From Tubiluchus corallicola (Eukaryota > Animalia > Priapulida), in contig JAQGDQ010001038.1 of assembly GCA_030141605.1 (NCBI GenBank), forward strand, positions 4,309 through 68,308: a stretch of DNA of 64,000 bases, written 5' to 3'. The notes under the pieces were generated by a model. The model was given only the letters and a program-made list of their open reading frames with translations. It was not told the DNA's origin and did not search any database. How positions within the stretch are numbered: the stretch's first letter is position 1; every line of letters starts with the position of its first letter. This document shows positions 57,621 to 64,000 of the stretch, in pieces. Position numbers and translations under genes: made by a program.

Positions 57621-60600
57621 TTCTATAGCTTGCCATCTTTTTCTCTTGGCAAAGGAGGAAGATTCAAGCAGCAATTTTAAGTGCTTAACTTCATGTTCAA
57701 GTTCATGATTATCATTCTAGTTTGCCAAAACACTTCAGTATTTTTTTATTTTGGGAACGTATGCGTAAACTGCACAGAGTTCAAACACATTGTCGAACTA
57801 CGTCAGCCCTCTATGATGTCTCAATATGTTTTAATTAATCTGCCACTACTGCCTTACTTATTTTCCATGTTTAAATGTAACACGCAGACCGCAGACATGT
57901 TTTTGTGAATGTTTGTGATAGGATAAAATTGTTTACAATTATCTTTCATTATATTTAACAGAAAATGAAAAACGACCGCATAGACACCCTGCGGCCATTT
58001 CGTGAAACTAATAGAGAGTGACGTGTTTGGGTGTACTTGAAGTATGCCTTCATTTAGTAGCTCGTCTTTAACTCTAGGATGCCAAAAAATATCAATTGTG
58101 TTTGCAGAGATTTCCGCACAGTGGACGTTCATCTTAAATTTATTACTGTCACATCACCACCTGTCCACTGCAAAATCCTGTAGGATTTTTTTTATGGCAA
58201 GGGTGACTTCGGTGCCCGACAAGACTGTCATGTTTTTTCAATGTGTGAGCCTGAGCAAGTATCGAACCCGCGGCTTGGGGTTCGACCATTCGCCGGACTT
58301 GACAGCTCATTACGCAACTAATTAAAACAATGGAATTATTTCATTCAGTAGTCCTATATGCTGATTACGTTGACAGTTAATAAGGAAAAACCACTACAAA
58401 CAGTGTTTCATGAATGTTTAACTATGTGTTCAGAGTAGATTGTTTAGGGTTAAGTTGATATGCATCTATTGTATCTGCGGCCCTGAGAGTAACTGTAACA
58501 TCGCAACACCCGGGGCAGTCTAAATTCCACTCTTAGTAGGTGAACAACGTAACCTAAATTATAAACCGTTTAAAAATAAATTCATACCATTTCATATCAA
58601 ATAATCTTTTTGAGTAATATGATAATTTATGAGATACTTTACTAGATGGAAAATTATTATCTTTTGTGCTCGTTTGAATCTTTAATGAGCATCCATATTT
58701 TTCTTTTCGCGGGTAGATATTTAAAAACTGTGTTCGCCTGTTTTTACAACTTGGTAATCTATCAAAAAATGGTTAGACACAGAAAAGTAACGCAGATGGT
58801 TGTAGTGAGACCAGAATCTACTCGTTATCGTAAATGATTTTGTGAGAGGAGATAATGAACCAACAGGCGGCATTTTCGGATATTTACGTATTCACCCTTA
58901 ACGTTAGAGTATTCTAAACGCCTAGAAGCAATTTTTCTGGTCACTAATCCACTTAATAACCAGACCTAGCGAAACCACTTTGGTTTTAATCACGTCCCGC
59001 GGCTACTAACCTCTTCTGCTGCTCAAGAAATTAAACAGAACAAGGAAATGACAAGATGTTATTTTCCGAATATTTTCGCTTCGTTTTAGCTTTTCTTTAA
59101 TTCCATAAATTCTTTCGACAGTGAAGACAAGACAGTGAAGAAACAATTAAAAACAAATAATATTGTAGTCATAATACTAGAATGAGCTAGCATTACAAGT
59201 GGTACCTTAGTTTACAAACAAGCAACCGCTGCGTACCACCGAAGCAATCGTAACATCCCTTTACACCAATCTGCTTTACTGCAAGGCTGCCATAAGCTCT
59301 TCTTCTTCCTCATTTTTTCTCTCTACAAAGGTGAAAAATTCGACAGCAATTATAAGTTCTTAACTTCTCGTTCAAGTGTACTGTGATCAGCCAAGGTCTC
59401 CGAAACACCTTTAACTCTTGCTTACTTCCTTCATTTCTCAGTTTTGTAAACACTTCAATTCTGGTAAAACGTCAAGAGGATTAATTTGTTGTAAAGAGAC
59501 TGTGCCTAACCAATTAAGGCAAAAGTCCAGGCTAGCATACCATTATATGCAAAGTGCAACCTGTGTCAATATGAATTATTACGTGAGTTATAGTCATGAT
59601 GCTTATTTTCAATAAAACTTATGACTTTTCTCTGGATCTGTAGATTTTATATGCATGGGAGTGTAAATGGTATTAGAGGACCGCTGTATGGACACGCCCT
59701 TCACACGTGTTTACTGCCATCAGCTTGACAGTTACGGGTTACGGGTAAGCCTTTAAACACACAGTGAGATTTACAGTAACTGATTAACACGAGCTGGTAT
59801 TAACACTGACCGACCTCGCTTCGTACCCCAGAAACGAAAGTCGTTCAGAAATTAGGAGTATATGCTCTAGGCAAAGCGAAAATGACAAAATGAGTGAATA
59901 TCAAAAGACGTTTAATTTGATGCCAAACGAAACAGAAATACAGAAAACAAAACTGTTGAGTCAGAACAGAAGGAAACTGTTGAGGTTACGAAGGTTAATG
60001 TTATAAATATATAAATGTTATAAATTGTAATATATAAATGGAGGGGTTACCGCTAGGAAAAGAGCCTGTGAAGTCTGAACAGTGAAAAGTTTCATCTGCC
60101 GAAGTGTTAGTTGCCGTTTTTCTTCAAATGAGGGAAGCTGTAAACAACAAACCTCTTCAGCGTCTCTTTTAGAGAATTAGCTTTGATAGCGAAATATGTT
60201 AAGGTCGAAACTCGTTAACTCGATATACCCGAAGATACTTCTATAGTTTGTAACAATCTGCTTCATGATTCGGTCAGTGTGTATTTTCATTTCATATTTT
60301 CTAGAATTTCACTGTAGTGTCATATCGAAGGTCTAGCTTAAGTAATTGCAGCTTTGCATTTTACTGTAAATTTTCCTGCGTTTTTCAAATTCCGCAACAA
60401 GGTAGATGCCAGGCTATATGGCGCAAGAAACAGTTATAACTGGTTTCGTAACCAAGGGCTCTTTATGCTGACTCCCGTAACATGAGTTTCAAGGACAGAC
60501 AAAACCGTAAACTACGCCCTTCACTGACTTTTATACGTAGATTCCAAAGGTGAATGATTAACAGGCATTTTTAGTTTGTCGTTACAAATCTGGTATGTAG

Positions 60601-61464
60601 GCAAATAATTTCAAAAACATATAGCCATCGTTTCTTGACACAAAAAACTGCTGCATTTTCGACTAACACAGAAAGTTTTTACGGCTACTTTCTTCCTCTA
60701 AGAAAAGCTACAAAGTAATTTTTTGTGTCACGTGCATGTGAGTATTTGTCTTGTCCGTTTTCTGTGATTTACCTTTAGGTCAATTTCTGAAAGTATCTGT
60801 TAAGCTGAAATTTTACAAGTGGGTTAGATAAGGTCTCCCCTGAAATAGTAAAATGTTGGTATTACACAAGTGACTTTTCCACTGACAATGTCGTATCAAC
60901 AGCGGTAACCATTATTACCACCCACTGCAAAAAAGACGGAGATCTTTAATGGGAGCTTTATAGTGGTCAGTTATAGAGATAGAATGACCGAACGAACGAG
61001 CGAACGAACGAACGAATGGCTGACTGAAAAAATGAATAAAAATTGCAGCGTGATTCCTTCGCAATTTGTTTGATTTGGGTAACTCAGGTATTACGTTTGC
61101 TTTGGTAATCAACCTTTCAAACAAAAGCTGCATTATTTTGTCAAACTCAATATGTAAAACAGCTACACTGGGAGCCCGCAAACATGAAACTTCAGAGTAC
61201 TGTGCCACTGAGTCAGATAGACAGGAAAACAACAACAAAGGTATTCAATCATTTTGACATTATAAATGACTGATTGTAGCAAATTCTCACTTTTGCATCA
61301 ATTACAGATTGATTTAATTTGCTGTAGTCCTCAATTACATGTAACGGAATAAATTACGGGAAATGATTAATGTTAAGCAAGAGAACAAGTAGGCCTTGCG
61401 TTTTTTATTGAAGTGTCTGGAATGTACTCGATGCTAATTGTTGTTGTTGTACATTAGTTAACAT

Positions 61465-61671
61465 TATCATCACCACCACCACCATCATCATCATTATCAT
61501 CAGCACCACCAGCACCACCACCACTAATACCACCACCACCACCACCACCACCACCACAAACCACCACCACCATCACCACCACCACCACCAACCACCACCA
61601 CCATCATCACCACTACCACCACCACCACCACCACCACCACCATCATCACCACCACCAACACCAACACCACC

Positions 61672-61705
<34 letters not shown>

Positions 61706-61830
61706 TCATCATGATCATGATCATCATCATCATTAGCATCACTACCGTCATCGTCATCATCATCATCTTCAATAGCAGCAGCAGCAACAGCAACAGCAAT
61801 AACACCAACACCACCACTAGCAACAACAAC
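61465..61830 (+). repeat. Long compound (CAC)/(CAT)/(CAG)/(CAA) microsatellite
   Basis: Read directly from sequence. Confidence 0.95.
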
Positions 61831-64000
61831 ATCTTCCGTTGCCTTAAAAAACAAGCTTTAGCCATATTTGTATTTGTTGAAAATAGAGCCTATTATCGTT
61901 TACTAAGTCTACTACATTTTACAGATGAAATGACTGACCATTTTCGAAAAGCAAAATGCGCAACAAAAGAATATTAATCGTTTACCACAGGAACACGGGT
62001 GTACTTTAGGGCGCTGATTTGGACTTAATTGCAAATGACCCATTTATCGGCGATAAATAATTTTATGACGAAGAATTTCAAAGACGTGATGAAAGTTATT
62101 GGTAAGACGAAAATAACAGAATTACTATCATCGTGTAAAATAGGCCACCAATACGACCTGCGGCGTTATTTTTGCCGTTCTACGCGTGACATAGAGACAG
62201 ATATCGCTCACGCTATTGCAATAGTATAGAACACTCCTAATCATAGAGGAAACAGACCATCGGGCAATAGATACTGTAGATTAATGCATTGAATAGAAAA
62301 ATAAATGATAAAAATCGGTGATGATAAGGCAAATTTAATTGTTAATGTCGAGAATAGGTACAAAAAATCTTCATTAATAGGTAATGATGACCATGACAAT
62401 GATGATGATGGTAATGGTGATGATGATAGTGATGCTGCTGATGCTCCTAATGATGATATTAACAATTTTGTACAATTAACTTAGTATTTCAAAAGCTATT
62501 TTTTACAATTGTACAAATTGCCAAATACATTTTTTATAATTAGATTGCCAGAAAAGTCAATAAATACTTAGATACAATATTCTAACTTCTTCAATGAAAC
62601 AATTGGCCACTAAACAATCCTGGCCTAAATCATTACACGAAATATGGCATCAATTAACAAAAAAAGAGCGCAGCTTACAAAAAAATGAAAAAATTAATCC
62701 AGTAAATTACTCAACTTGATTGATGAAAAATTTAAGAAATTTTCAAATATTTTGTGTTGACTGCGGGTATTTTTGAACCGATTTAGCGAAAAAGCCTAAC
62801 CTTGGTTCACCACTTTCTACTCTATTTTTTACTGCTTAAGAACATAACTTCATAGTTCTTGTAATATTTAATATAAACATATAAAATTTCGCTTGTTACT
62901 TAAACCTATCACTTTTTATTTAGCTTTATCTATTATTTATTTGGTACAATAATATTTGCGTCGAAATAATATATTACACTTAGAGTATTTTCATTTTCGC
63001 CTAGTTTTTTTGGCAAAGCCTTTTTGCGTAAAACGTTCTGTTTGATTTCCACTGTCATTTGGCAAAGTTTTCGAGGTGATATATTTTCGGAGGTTATTTT
63101 TTACCTGACTCTAACGCCCTAACCTGTAATTATCTAAACCAGCAGTTTCCATTATCTTACTGTCATTTTAGTAATGCTAATAGCGCGCACAAGTGTGACC
63201 TTTTAGAAATGCTTATGATCACTATAAACAATTTATTTGCTTTTAAAGATTTAATGCAAAAGTCACGGTTCAAAACAGGTTAATTTAACTGTGGGTGATG
63301 ACGCATTATTATAGTTTCATTATGAGCTTTTATTGTTACCTTGATAAAAGCCTCTATGAAACGTATCATTATCAACTTCAACCTGAAGGCCTTTTGTGTT
63401 TGCGTGTCTCGAATTGGCAACTGGCTTATAAAGTCTCAGGATTGAGAACGTTATTGATCTGCAAAGTATCTTCGTAGCATACTTCATAGTTATCTGATTC
63501 AGCTGTCCGACATTTTTATGTTCCATTGTTTCAAAAACTTAAAAATTATTATAGTAAAAGTAAAAAGTTAATGAGAGGGTAAAACAATGACGACGGTCCT
63601 AAAAGCATCTTAATATGTATTATTATTATATCTATTACTATCTATTACTATTACTTAATATCCATTACTATTATATATATATATAAATGTTAACAGGTCG
63701 TTATATATATAGTGTTGTGTAATGACCCTCCGGTATTAGTGACAAATTTAAATATCAATGACAATGAAGCACTGCAGCATGATCTCGACAGTCTGTTGGT
63801 GCAAGAAAATAGAAGACAATGGAAAAAGAAGAACAAAAGAAAAAGAAGAAAGATATAAGAAGAAACAGAGACGCGGAGGAGAGAGAAAAAAGGATGGTAG
63901 GGCAAGAGAGAAAGAGAGATGATGATGATGATGGCAAATCTTTTATTACACCTCTATTTGCATGGGCGAGAGAGATGGGGGAGAGAGCAATTGATATATG

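Noticed and set aside
57854-58132. ORF with GILQVHP resembling an RT motif
   Set aside because: Single weak motif with no YxDD nearby.

Overview
AT-rich, intron-containing animal (invertebrate-like) nuclear DNA, not prokaryotic. Most ORFs in the supplied track are microsatellite or transposon artefacts. I rebuilt four intact spliced genes by hand, and every GT-AG junction is phase-consistent: (1) a NOXRED1-like Rossmann-fold protein (- strand, 5 coding exons, ~569 aa) with a large Ser/Arg-rich insertion; (2) a divergently transcribed secreted trypsin-type serine protease (+, 8 exons, 287 aa) with an atypical Phe|IVGG activation site, 15 Cys and a Gly-rich tail; (3) a sea-urchin-Ars-type arylsulfatase (+, 7 exons, 534 aa); (4) a convergent GT32 (A4GALT/A4GNT-like) glycosyltransferase (-, 2 coding exons, ~354 aa). 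A stop-riddled C16orf89/DUF4735-like pseudogene lies at ~55 kb. Introns and intergenic DNA carry decayed LINEs, two copies of a tRNA-derived Meta-like SINE, 5S-like fragments, MITE/foldback elements, a 52-bp minisatellite and many microsatellites. The most notable non-coding signals are a nested 3' stem-loop shared by the SINE and a nearby LINE (putative partner pair) and a pre-miRNA-like intronic hairpin. Family assignments come from remembered motifs; no database search was run.
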